A stretch of 64,000 bases of DNA from an uncultured Enterobacterales bacterium (GTDB lineage Bacteria > Myxococcota_A > UBA796 > CAJQPC01): assembly GCA_964604165.1 (NCBI GenBank), contig CAZRYF010000006.1:62317-126316 (forward strand), in the 5' to 3' direction. Shown one piece after another: positions 34,825-43,764 of the stretch. Numbering within the stretch: position 1 is the first letter of the stretch; every line of letters begins with the position of its first letter. The notes beneath the pieces are model-generated. The model made no database searches. It saw only the letters and a program-made list of their open reading frames with translations, and was not told the DNA's origin. The position numbers were made by a program, and so were the translations under genes.

Positions 34825-35937
34825 ATGACCACGGCAGATCATCTCCTGGAACCCGCTGCCACACAGGTTCGCGACCCTTTGAGCGGTCGATCCATCTGGT
34901 TGGCGGACATGGTCTCCGACAGCAAGCTCACGGAAGGTGCTCTGCGCTACACCCTCACCTTTGCCACCGGCCATACCCCGACGGACCGAGAGCAGATCCA
35001 GCTTGCCTTGCACCAGAACCTGGAGGACCTGGGGTGGTCCGGCGAGGTCATCTGCAATGTTCGGCTGGCTCGGGTCTCAACGCCGGCCCCGGGGGCTGGT
35101 TCGAAGCCTGCACCCGCGGCACCCAGCGGAGTGCGGGGCATGCAGGGACCTGGCATGGGTCCCCACGGTGGACCCATTCAACTCCAGGCCATTGAAGGTG
35201 TGAAGCACATCGTGGCGGTCGCCTCGGGCAAAGGCGGGGTGGGCAAGTCCACCGTGGCGGTCAACCTGGCCTGTGGCCTCGCAAAGGCCGGCAAGAAGGT
35301 GGGCCTCATGGATGCAGACATCTACGGCCCCTCCCTGCCTCTGATGATGCGGGTCAATGGCAAGCCTCTGGCCAGTCGCGAGAACAAGATGATCCCCCTG
35401 GTGGCCTATGGGGTGAAGTGCATCTCCATCGGCTTTATGGTCGACGCCAACGAACCCATCATCTGGCGGGGACCCATGGTCATGGGGGTCGTGCGGCAAT
35501 TTCTGCGGGACGTGGACTGGGGGGAGCTCGACGTGTTGGTGGTGGACCTTCCCCCTGGAACAGGGGATGCGCAGCTCACCATGATCCAGGCGGTTCCCAT
35601 TTCCGGGGCGATCATTGTGTCCACCCCACAGGAGGTGGCGCTGTTGGATGCGCGCCGCGGCATGGAGATGTTCCGCAAGCTGAATGTACCGGTGATGGGG
35701 GTCGTGGAGAACATGGCCTGGTATGCCTTGCCCGATGGCTCCCGCGCCCATCCCTTTGGAGAAGGGGGGGCCGCTGCCTTGACCCGAACCGAGGATCTTC
35801 CCCTGTTGGCGCAGGTGCCCCTGGAGCAGGGCATTCGGGAAGGGGGAGATGCAGGAAAGCCCGCGGTGCTCGGAGGTGGCCCGGCGGCACATATCTTTGA
35901 CCAGCTGGCGAGCGCCGTGTTGGATCAACTCGCGTGA
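34825..35937 (+). CDS. apbC: Mrp/ApbC/NBP35-family Fe-S cluster carrier ATPase
   Basis: A DUF59-like N-terminal domain is present. The deviant Walker A reads VASGKGGVGKSTVAVNLA, and MDADIYGPS follows it. Confidence 0.9.
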   Translation: MTTADHLLEPAATQVRDPLSGRSIWLADMVSDSKLTEGALRYTLTFATGHTPTDREQIQLALHQNLEDLGWSGEVICNVRLARVSTPAPGAGSKPAPAAPSGVRGMQGPGMGPHGGPIQLQAIEGVKHIVAVASGKGGVGKSTVAVNLACGLAKAGKKVGLMDADIYGPSLPLMMRVNGKPLASRENKMIPLVAYGVKCISIGFMVDANEPIIWRGPMVMGVVRQFLRDVDWGELDVLVVDLPPGTGDAQLTMIQAVPISGAIIVSTPQEVALLDARRGMEMFRKLNVPVMGVVENMAWYALPDGSRAHPFGEGGAAALTRTEDLPLLAQVPLEQGIREGGDAGKPAVLGGGPAAHIFDQLASAVLDQLA

Positions 35938-36917
35938 CGGCCCTGGTCGACAGCTTGGGTCGGGTGCACGACACCCTTCGGGTCTCTGTGACGGACCGCT
36001 GCAACTTCCGGTGTACCTACTGTCTTCCAAAGGAGGGCGTGAACTGGCTGCCCCGGGAGTCGCTGCTCACCTACGAGGAGATTCAGCGTCTGGTGGCGTG
36101 TTTTGTGTCCCTGGGAGTTCGACGGGTCAGACTGACGGGGGGAGAGCCCACTTTGCGAAGGGACCTGCCCCGCCTGGTGAAGGGGATGGCGGCGCTTCCG
36201 GGTCTGGATGACCTTTCCATGACCACCAATGCCCACGTGTTGGCTTTCATGGCCGGGGAGCTGGCGGAGGCCGGCTTGCATCGCATCAACGTCTCCCTGG
36301 ATGCGCTGGACCCGCATCTCTTCCACAGGATGACCCGGGGGGGAGACCTTTCCCGGGTGTTGGATGGCATCGATGCTGCCCTGGCGGCCGGGCTCTCCCC
36401 CATCAAGATCAACGCGGTGGTGATGGAGGGGGAGAACGAGGATCAGGTAGAGCCTCTCCTTTCTTGGGCCAGTGAGCGCCCTGGGGATCTCCAGGTCCGC
36501 TTCATTGAATACATGCCGTTTGAAGTCCGCCGGCACCGTTGTGTTCCGGGTGCGGTTCTTCGGGAGCGAATCATGCGCACGCGCCGGTTGGAGCCGGAGA
36601 CCACTGTGCAGGGAGGAGGCCCCGCAGTCCATTGGCGCTTGCCCGATTCCGGGGCCGTGGTGGGCTTCATTTCGCCCCTCTCTGAGCGTTTCTGCGCCGG
36701 TTGCAACCGACTGCGCCTCACGGCGGAGGGCAACCTGCGAACCTGTCTTTCGGACGATGGGACCCCGCCGCTGACCACCTTGCTCCGTGGCGGGGCAAGC
36801 GATGCAAGGATTCAGGAGCAGATCCGTGCCCTGACTCTGGGCAAGCGCGAGGGCCATGGATGTGAAGTGGACGGTGGGGTTCCCTTTGAGGGTGTGATGA
36901 CACGCATTGGCGGTTGA
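35934..36917 (+). CDS. moaA: GTP 3',8-cyclase (radical SAM)
   Basis: LRVSVTDRCNFRCTYCLP is the CxxxCxxC motif. The C-terminal motif CAGCNRLRLTAEGNLRTCL is present. The start is in a GTGA overlap with the upstream gene. Confidence 0.9.
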   Translation: MTALVDSLGRVHDTLRVSVTDRCNFRCTYCLPKEGVNWLPRESLLTYEEIQRLVACFVSLGVRRVRLTGGEPTLRRDLPRLVKGMAALPGLDDLSMTTNAHVLAFMAGELAEAGLHRINVSLDALDPHLFHRMTRGGDLSRVLDGIDAALAAGLSPIKINAVVMEGENEDQVEPLLSWASERPGDLQVRFIEYMPFEVRRHRCVPGAVLRERIMRTRRLEPETTVQGGGPAVHWRLPDSGAVVGFISPLSERFCAGCNRLRLTAEGNLRTCLSDDGTPPLTTLLRGGASDARIQEQIRALTLGKREGHGCEVDGGVPFEGVMTRIGG

Positions 36918-38283
36918 TGCGTTAGACCGCGCCTCGAGGACGGGTCCCATGCCAGAAGACAAGCGCCGCGCACAGGGAGAAGACCTGGTTGCGCTGGCAG
37001 CATCCGCTTTTGCTGGGGTGTGTGCCTTTGCCTGGCTCGGTCGCCTCGGGCTCGGGGCGGTGGGCCTCTTTCTCGTGGCCGTGGTGGCCCTGGGATTGGC
37101 CCGTAGGAAACTGGAGAAGCCAGCGCGGCTGCGGGTGGACAAGTGGGCCAAGGCGCTCTTCACTCTCGCCGGGCTCATGGCGCTACTGCGGCACCCCATT
37201 GAGGTGCCGGTGTTGGACCCGGAGACAGGTGCCTCCCTGGCGGGCGGGGGGGTGGAGTTGCCGATCTACGCGGCCATCGCCGAGTACGTGGGCCAGGTGG
37301 ATGCAGGAACGTTCTTCCTCTTTGCCTTCCTCGCCATGGGGGTGAAGTTCACAGGAGTCATTGCCTCGGCCTTTGGCTGGCAGCTTCTGCTCCGGGGCCA
37401 AGGGGTGCGTTTTCCTTTTTGGTCCCTGACCTTCACCAGCTTTCTGATCGGGCGATTCATCGGCACCTTTCTGCCCAGCACGTTGGGGCTGGATGGCTAC
37501 ACACTCTACGAGGCGGGGCGGTATTCAAACCGGTGGCCCCGGGTCATCACCGCCAAGGGGCTGGAGAAGTTTATCGGCGTGGCAGGACTCTTCTTGGGCA
37601 TGCTGCTGACGCTGCCCTTCGGGTACCAGGTCATTGTGGATGTCACGGAGCACGTGGGGCGTCCCGAGGCGGCTGGGCCGCTTGCGGGGGCCATTGCCCT
37701 GGTGGCGGGGGGCGTGTCGGGCTGCGTGCTCCTGGGGCTGGTGTGGCCCGTGCTCATTGTCTGGGGCATGGGGCTGGTGGGTCGCTTCCTGCCCGCCAAG
37801 GTCTCGGGAATCTTTCAGCGGTTTGTGGATGCGGTGGGGGCCTACCGGGGACAGGTGAAGCTCTTGCTCTTGACCTTCCTGTGCAAGTTCATCACACACT
37901 TCACCACGGCGGTGGTGTACTTCTTCACCGCGTTGGCCATCGGAGTTGTGGGGGCGAAGTTCTGGCCGATCGTGTTTGGCTCCACCATTCAGATCCTGGC
38001 CACGCTCCTTTCTCCCACCATCGCTGGTGAAGGTGCGCGGGAGGCATTTCAGGCGCTGCTCCTGTCCAAGCAGCTTGGGGGGGTCGCCCCGGCGGTCCTG
38101 TCCGGCGCCTTGGGGTTCATCGCCGCGGAGGCCGCTACGTTGTGGGGAGGGGCCTTTCTATGGACCCGTAAGCCCGGTTGGCGTCCCAAGTACGCCAAGG
38201 TGGATGGGGAGCAGGTGGACTACGCCTGGATCCCTGAGGATGACATGGGGTCATGGGTCGACGCGGGGGCGGGTGCGAGGTAG
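36907..38283 (+). CDS. Flippase-like / lysylphosphatidylglycerol-synthase TM-region family (UPF0104) membrane protein
   Basis: The polytopic product has a Gly/Leu-rich pattern (FLPSTLGLDGYTLYEAGR) typical of the LPG_synthase_TM family. An alternative ATG start lies at 36949. Confidence 0.55.
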   Translation: MAVDALDRASRTGPMPEDKRRAQGEDLVALAASAFAGVCAFAWLGRLGLGAVGLFLVAVVALGLARRKLEKPARLRVDKWAKALFTLAGLMALLRHPIEVPVLDPETGASLAGGGVELPIYAAIAEYVGQVDAGTFFLFAFLAMGVKFTGVIASAFGWQLLLRGQGVRFPFWSLTFTSFLIGRFIGTFLPSTLGLDGYTLYEAGRYSNRWPRVITAKGLEKFIGVAGLFLGMLLTLPFGYQVIVDVTEHVGRPEAAGPLAGAIALVAGGVSGCVLLGLVWPVLIVWGMGLVGRFLPAKVSGIFQRFVDAVGAYRGQVKLLLLTFLCKFITHFTTAVVYFFTALAIGVVGAKFWPIVFGSTIQILATLLSPTIAGEGAREAFQALLLSKQLGGVAPAVLSGALGFIAAEAATLWGGAFLWTRKPGWRPKYAKVDGEQVDYAWIPEDDMGSWVDAGAGAR

Positions 38284-38307
38284 CATTCGGCAACTCGGGA
38301 GCGTTCG

Positions 38308-39177
38308 ATGGTTCGTGTGAGTGGGTTGCTTCTTTGGGCCGGCTGCCTTGGAGCGCCGGGAACCGCCTGGGCTGCGGGTGCACTCGACGTGGATCTAAGA
38401 GCCCTCTCCACCTGGAATGGGGTGTCGGTCGACAACGAGACCATCCGGCAGAACGCCTACCACAAGGTCGTGCGCGAGCTGGGGGCGGTGATCGCCAACA
38501 AGCCCATGGCCCCGGGAAACACTCTGGGCGCCTATGGATTTGAGATCAAGGCCACGGGGACGGTGGGGTTTATTTCCGGTGTGGGGGGCTCGGCGCCCTC
38601 GGCCTGGGAGCGGGTCCAGGAAGAAGGCCGTGCCCAGCCGGCACTTTGGATGTCTGGTTTGGGGATTCGAAAAGGGCTGCCTGCCTCTGTGGATATTGGT
38701 GCCTCCATGGCGACCCTTTCCGCCAGCCAACAGACTGTTTTTGGCGCCTACGGACGCTGGTCTCCCCTTGAGGGGTACCGCCAGTACCCGGACCTGACGA
38801 TGCAGTGGGGGTATTCCGGCCTGGTGGGCAATGATCAGCTGGAAGCAGGCGCCATGGACCTGACCGCATCCAGTGGGTACACGATTCCTTTCGGCAAAGT
38901 GGTGGGCGTGAACCATGGCACGGTGACCCCCTACCTGGGAATGGGGCTGCTGCGAATCCACGCCAGGCCGTTGTTGTCGGAGGACGAGTCCCAGTCGTTG
39001 GGCATTTCGGAGGTCAGCGGGTTCAAGGACTCGGAGTTCTACGATGAGTCATTTCAGCCGCTTCAATTCCACACGGGGCTCCGCATTGTGAGTTCTGGCT
39101 TTGAGTGTGTGCTGGCGGGCACTTGGGCCCGGAGCGTGCTGCCCACGGCGAACATGAGCCTAGGCTTCAGCTTTTAG
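38308..39177 (+). CDS. Putative outer-membrane beta-barrel protein
   Basis: A signal peptide is present (LLLWAGCLGAPGTAWA). The body shows alternating amphipathic segments. The C-terminal residue is aromatic (...NMSLGFSF). Confidence 0.5.
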   Translation: MVRVSGLLLWAGCLGAPGTAWAAGALDVDLRALSTWNGVSVDNETIRQNAYHKVVRELGAVIANKPMAPGNTLGAYGFEIKATGTVGFISGVGGSAPSAWERVQEEGRAQPALWMSGLGIRKGLPASVDIGASMATLSASQQTVFGAYGRWSPLEGYRQYPDLTMQWGYSGLVGNDQLEAGAMDLTASSGYTIPFGKVVGVNHGTVTPYLGMGLLRIHARPLLSEDESQSLGISEVSGFKDSEFYDESFQPLQFHTGLRIVSSGFECVLAGTWARSVLPTANMSLGFSF

Positions 39178-39193
39178 GGTTTCCAGCCGGGAC

Positions 39194-41536
39194 GTGAGAA
39201 CCGCGCGGGAACCCAGCGGTTGCCGGGGCCTGCTGTGGTGGGTGCTTTGGGCGGCGGTGTTGCTGCCGCCGTCTGCCCAGGCGATGGACCTGTCCATCGA
39301 GGCGGAGATAGATGAGACCTTCCTCGGGATTCGCGGAACCGTGTGCGGGGAGGGGCCCAAGGCCTGGGTGAACCCACTGGAGGAGCTGCCTTGGCCAGCC
39401 GATGACCTGAACTGGCCTCGCACCGCGCCGGGGCGAGAGGATCGGGGGGAGATGACGTGGGAGGTGGCCGGGGAGGGCTGCATCGCCTTTCACACCCGCA
39501 TGCCCGAGCGGTACGGCGCCGTGGGTGGGCTGGAGGGCCGGGGGGTGTGGGCCAACGGGGGCTGGTACCCCCAGCCGCTTCAGGGGGACGTTCTTCCATC
39601 GGTGACCTGGAGAGTACAGCTGAAGGGACCCCAGGGGGCGGTCCTGGTGGTAAACGACGGGGTGGGCCAGGGGACTGCCCAGTGGTCTGGTCAGGCGTTT
39701 CGGGTGGCGATTGCGGCGCTGGCCGAGGCGACCACTGCGGTGCTGGGTGAGGAGGGCCTGGAGACGGTGCTGGTTTCAGAGGGGCGGCAAGCCCGCCCCC
39801 TGGAGGGAGAGCTTGTCCTCCTGGCCCAGGCCGCTTGGACCCAGGATCACCCGGGACGGGTGGTGGTGGTGGTGGCACCGATGTACCGGAGGCTTGTTAG
39901 GGCCGGCCCCGGAGTGCTCTTTCTTTCCGAGCGGGCCTTCCGGGTCAGTCCGAGTCTGCTTCGATACCACCGGGCCCCAGTGGTCCAGGGAATGTTGGAG
40001 GCCGCCCTTCCCTTGGATGACCCCTGGCACCGGGCTCTGGCGGCTGAGGCCCTCGGGCAAGCTGTGGCGGAGTCGGTCAATGGGGCGGAGCGCCTTCGAA
40101 TGTGGGCTCGGTTGGGGCTCCCGGATGCACACACTCTCCTGTATGACGGCAGGACCCTGTTCCTTTCCGATGTCTTTGGGGAAGCCCTGCAGTCGGACCC
40201 CCTTGCCGATGACCTCCTGGAGCGCTTCCGCCCCCGGGTCCCCGGGCCCCTTGTGGCCCGCTGGGTCCAGGCCCTGGCGGGGAAAGCGGCCCCAGCGGGG
40301 ATCGCTCGGGATCTCCTGGCGGGGGAGTCCTTGCCGGAAGCCTTTGTCGCCCAGGGTTTGGACGGCGCTCTGGCGGTGGCGTGGGAATCACCCGTGCCGG
40401 CACAGGACTTGATCCTGGCGGTGGACCCCGGTGCGGAGCCTCGCCTCTGGATGGAGCGGCGGGCGGCGGGGGCTGCGGCACCGGTCCCTGTGGTGGTGGA
40501 TGTGGATGGCGAACGAGAGGTCTGGCTCACGGATTTTGGGCCGGACTGGCGCATCCAGGCCTATGACGAGAAGGTGAAGCGGGTCTGGCTGGACCCGGAT
40601 CGACTGGTGCCCCAAGCCAACCGAGCGAACGACCGGTGGCCCCGGGGGGCTTCCTTCATGCCGGGCGTTTACTTGGGGGGGATCCACTTGACCGAACGCC
40701 GGTTTGAGGGGATTGCTTGGGCCACGATTCGCCGCCCCTACAACACCCACCGCATGGCCCAGGTGGTGGTGGCCCACGATGCACGCTCCGTGGTGTCCCT
40801 GGAGACTCTCCTGGTCCGGTACGTGGGACCGCTGCGGGATCGAATGCGACGGGAACACCTGGTCTGGCTCTCTGGCTCGGGGGGGGTGTTGGACACGGAA
40901 TACCGGCCGACGACAGACGCGCTCACCCACGTGGACATCGGGGCTGGGTATGCTTGGGACACCCGGGTCACCCCCTATTTCCCCGAGAAGGGACGGCGCT
41001 TCTGGATCGATGGGGGAGGCGGCATGGTGCCTGCCTCCGACTCGTTCTGGCTGCGAGGCCGCCTCGGGGCCCGGGGGGTGCGGGCGATCCACCCGCGCCA
41101 TGCCTTCGCGGGCCGGGCGAGCCTCGGCTGGATGAAGGGAAACCTGGAACACCGGATGTTGGGTATGGGGGGGGGCAGCGGGCTGCATTCTGTGCCGAGC
41201 AGTGAAGTCCTTGGGCGACGACAGGCGGCGGCGGCAGCGGAGTACCGTGTGCTCGCAGCGCGAAACCTCTCCCTGCATGTGCCTTTCTGGTGGGTCACGG
41301 ACGTGCAGGTCTCGGCGGGGGTCGAAGCCGGCTGGTTGGATGACGGGGCATTCGCGGATCCCCTGGACGGCGTGCTCGGCCTTGGCTTCACCCTGGGACT
41401 TGGCGTGGTGGCGGACACCCTGGGTGTGCGGCCCGCGTTGGGCGGCATCACCTTCAGCCGACTTCTGTGGCAGGAGCCTACGTTCTATGAGGACCCGCAG
41501 GTGCTGGTGATGCTGCGGATTAGCCAGTTGTTCTGA
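39194..41536 (+). CDS. Large secreted protein with a probable C-terminal beta-barrel (terminal ...RISQLF); function unknown
   Basis: The 780-aa product has a signal peptide (LLWWVLWAAVLLPPSAQA). The C-terminal roughly 300 aa shows a Gly/aromatic alternation and ends in Phe. Confidence 0.45.
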   Translation: MRTAREPSGCRGLLWWVLWAAVLLPPSAQAMDLSIEAEIDETFLGIRGTVCGEGPKAWVNPLEELPWPADDLNWPRTAPGREDRGEMTWEVAGEGCIAFHTRMPERYGAVGGLEGRGVWANGGWYPQPLQGDVLPSVTWRVQLKGPQGAVLVVNDGVGQGTAQWSGQAFRVAIAALAEATTAVLGEEGLETVLVSEGRQARPLEGELVLLAQAAWTQDHPGRVVVVVAPMYRRLVRAGPGVLFLSERAFRVSPSLLRYHRAPVVQGMLEAALPLDDPWHRALAAEALGQAVAESVNGAERLRMWARLGLPDAHTLLYDGRTLFLSDVFGEALQSDPLADDLLERFRPRVPGPLVARWVQALAGKAAPAGIARDLLAGESLPEAFVAQGLDGALAVAWESPVPAQDLILAVDPGAEPRLWMERRAAGAAAPVPVVVDVDGEREVWLTDFGPDWRIQAYDEKVKRVWLDPDRLVPQANRANDRWPRGASFMPGVYLGGIHLTERRFEGIAWATIRRPYNTHRMAQVVVAHDARSVVSLETLLVRYVGPLRDRMRREHLVWLSGSGGVLDTEYRPTTDALTHVDIGAGYAWDTRVTPYFPEKGRRFWIDGGGGMVPASDSFWLRGRLGARGVRAIHPRHAFAGRASLGWMKGNLEHRMLGMGGGSGLHSVPSSEVLGRRQAAAAAEYRVLAARNLSLHVPFWWVTDVQVSAGVEAGWLDDGAFADPLDGVLGLGFTLGLGVVADTLGVRPALGGITFSRLLWQEPTFYEDPQVLVMLRISQLF

Positions 41537-41610
41537 GTCGGTCGTTCGATTCCGGTTGTCGCGCCACCCAGCATCCGAGCCTTCGGCGACCCTGGGCGAT
41601 CGCCATCACG

Positions 41611-41806
41611 GACCGAGTTCCGGGCAGAGTTCCCACGGACCGAGTTCCGGGGACCCACGAGTTCCGCGAGTTCCGGGGACACCCCCACGGAGTTCCGGGG
41701 ACAGCATACTTAACTCCCTACCGAGTTCCGGGGACTCTCCGCTTTCGTGCTGTCCCCGGAACTCAGTACACGGAACTCAGTCCCCGGAACTCTCCCCGGA
41801 ACTCTC
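41611..41806. repeat. Clustered 13-bp repeat GAGTTCCGGGGAC: about 7 forward and about 4 inverted copies in a convergent intergenic region
   Basis: Forward copies, full or partial, start at 41615, 41627, 41642, 41659, 41668, 41690 and 41723. Inverted copies (GTCCCCGGAACTC) lie at 41752, 41771 (partial), 41780 and 41793. Positions 41723-41735 and 41752-41764 form a perfect 13-bp stem around a 16-nt loop. Confidence 0.85.
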
Positions 41807-41816
41807 GCGCCGCCCA

Positions 41817-42635
41817 TTAGTTGTTCTCCTCCTCCACCTCCACCGGAGGCAGCACCCGCTGGCGATACGAATCCCGCCCCTCTTCATCGACTCGCTTCAT
41901 GAGGTCCAGGGCGCCGAAGACCTTGGCCAGCCAGCGTCCCAGACCATCGGGGATCAGCCAGGGGAGGAGGGCGAAAAGGGCGCCCACGGCGGGCACGAAG
42001 ACCCGGCGCTTGTTGCGGGAGATGGCACGACAGGTGGCGGCGGCCACTTGCTGGGGGGTCACGTGCTTGGGCCAGGTGGGCTCCTTCAGTCCCGACACAA
42101 GCTCTGTGTCCACGCTGCCGGGGTGCACGGTGGTGAAGCGGACCCCCGAGCGCCAATGCTCGTGGATCAGGGACTCGGTCAGGCCCACTACGGCGAACTT
42201 CGTGGCGGCGTAGGTGGACACGTATGGCATGGGCATGCGGCCCACGACGCTGGACACGTTCACGATGTGGCCGCTCTTTCGCTCCAGCATGCCCGGAAGC
42301 ACCGCGTGGATTCCGTTGAGCACGCCGTGGATGTTGACGTCCACCATCAGCTGGTCCGCCGCCTCCGTGTGGGAGAGAAAAGGTCCCACGGGCATGATGC
42401 CGGCGTTGTTCACCAGGAGGTCCGCCGGCCCCATTTGCGCCTCGATCTGCTGGACCCACGCGAAGAAGGCAGCCCGGTCCCGCACATCCAGCACATGCCC
42501 CTCCGGCTGCCCAGCCAGATCCAGGTCGCACCAAGCCACCTTGGCACCTCGAGCCACCAGGGCCTCACAGATCGCGCGACCGATGCCCCGGGCACCCCCG
42601 GTCACTAGGGCCACCGCCCCGTTCAGTTCGGACAC
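41817..42635 (-). CDS. Short-chain dehydrogenase/reductase (SDR)
   Basis: Supporting motifs are TGGARGIGRA, NNAG and the catalytic YAATKFAV. The GTG start at 42635 overlaps the upstream TAG stop by 1 nt. The longer version in the ORF track overlaps the upstream gene. Confidence 0.85.
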   Translation of the reverse strand: MSELNGAVALVTGGARGIGRAICEALVARGAKVAWCDLDLAGQPEGHVLDVRDRAAFFAWVQQIEAQMGPADLLVNNAGIMPVGPFLSHTEAADQLMVDVNIHGVLNGIHAVLPGMLERKSGHIVNVSSVVGRMPMPYVSTYAATKFAVVGLTESLIHEHWRSGVRFTTVHPGSVDTELVSGLKEPTWPKHVTPQQVAAATCRAISRNKRRVFVPAVGALFALLPWLIPDGLGRWLAKVFGALDLMKRVDEEGRDSYRQRVLPPVEVEEENN

Positions 42636-43669
42636 TAGGCCGCGTGCTCCTCTTTGGCGCTGGCCAGCTCCCGCTGGATTTCCCGGGTCCGGTCGCTGTT
42701 GAAGAACAAGGCGGACAAGGCCTGCTGCCATTGCTCCCGGCGCCGCGTGTCCTCGGCGGGGAAGTCCAGGGCCATGCGGAACTCAACCGCCCGGGTGACA
42801 AGTTCCTCCACGGGCAGTCCCGGCGGAAGCTGTTTCACCACCAGGCGTGCCGCACTTAGCTGCTTGATCTCTCCCAAGCGAATGGCCTCTTCAGGTGTGA
42901 AACCAAGGGCGTGAAAGTCCTGCTGCAACTCCTTGACCCCATCCAGCTGGATCATGAACATCTTGACCTGCCAGGCATAGAAGTCCATCAACTCCAGCGG
43001 GCCCATGGCACGGATCAACTCGGGCAGGTAGTTCACCCCCAGCGCCACGTGGCGGGCTTCGTCCCGCTCGTAGTACGCAAGCAGGTCGCAGAGCACGGGC
43101 TCAATGGCCCTCTGTCGCACCAGCTGGAAGAGGGTCAGGGCGATGGGCTCGACCATGAGCTGCATGCCCATGATCTTCTTCGCCAGGCTGTTGGCCCCCA
43201 CAATCTCCGCGATGATTCGGTTGCCTGCATCGGTCAGTTTCTCCGGGGTGTACCCGAGCAGGGCGAGATAGTCGTGGAGCACATAGAAGTGCCGGGCCTC
43301 GTCGTGGGCTTGGGAGACCGCCGCCATCTTGGCCTCCAGGGGCACAAGCTCCAGGGCCAGCTCTGCGCTGACCTTCCATGCGGCCAACTCCCCCCAGAAA
43401 ATGGTGGCAAAGATGCGCTTGAGGGGCTCGATCTGCTCCGGGGGTAGGTTGATTCCTCCGTGCTTCTCGACAAGATCTGCAAGTACCTTTTTGCCGTTCC
43501 AGGCCTTGTGTTGGCCCTTGTGGTAGATGCGTTCCAGGGACCGGGCTGCTGCCGCCTCTTCGGAAGCGCGCTCGAGGTCAAACATGTCGTAGGGAATCAT
43601 CCCCGCCCTGCCGTTTTCGGCCGAGGGATGCAGGGGGCGGGTGGCCCATCGGGCTGCTCTTAGGATCAT
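42635..43669 (-). CDS. Ferritin-like di-iron carboxylate protein (AurF/desaturase-like oxygenase superfamily)
   Basis: Two E...DEARH motifs are present (SQAHDEARHFY and YYERDEARHVALG), each preceded by an upstream Glu-containing helix. The start is at 43669 or 43600. Confidence 0.6.
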   Translation of the reverse strand: MILRAARWATRPLHPSAENGRAGMIPYDMFDLERASEEAAAARSLERIYHKGQHKAWNGKKVLADLVEKHGGINLPPEQIEPLKRIFATIFWGELAAWKVSAELALELVPLEAKMAAVSQAHDEARHFYVLHDYLALLGYTPEKLTDAGNRIIAEIVGANSLAKKIMGMQLMVEPIALTLFQLVRQRAIEPVLCDLLAYYERDEARHVALGVNYLPELIRAMGPLELMDFYAWQVKMFMIQLDGVKELQQDFHALGFTPEEAIRLGEIKQLSAARLVVKQLPPGLPVEELVTRAVEFRMALDFPAEDTRRREQWQQALSALFFNSDRTREIQRELASAKEEHAA

Positions 43670-43764
43670 GGGGGCTTCCGCTCCATTGTGCCGGTCCCTC
43701 GGTAGGGTTGCAAGGAAAACCCATGCATGGGGTACCCTGCTCCAAGGGGGCAGGAGCAAGGAAG

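Noticed and set aside
41537-41570. A tRNA 3'-end-like string (GTTCGATTCCGGTTGTCGCGCCA) right after the OMP gene stop. It could be a relic integration (att) site.
   Set aside because: No complementary T-stem 5' arm, anticodon arm or acceptor 5' strand is present upstream. There is no integrase or matching direct repeat in the window. A relic att site cannot be supported.
41611-41806. The repeat cluster considered as a CRISPR array, or as coding (ORF 41556..42608 translates it as PSSG/SSGD repeats).
   Set aside because: The repeats are only 13 bp, irregularly spaced (9-33 nt) and present in both orientations. No cas genes are present. The ORF is the antisense shadow of the SDR gene.
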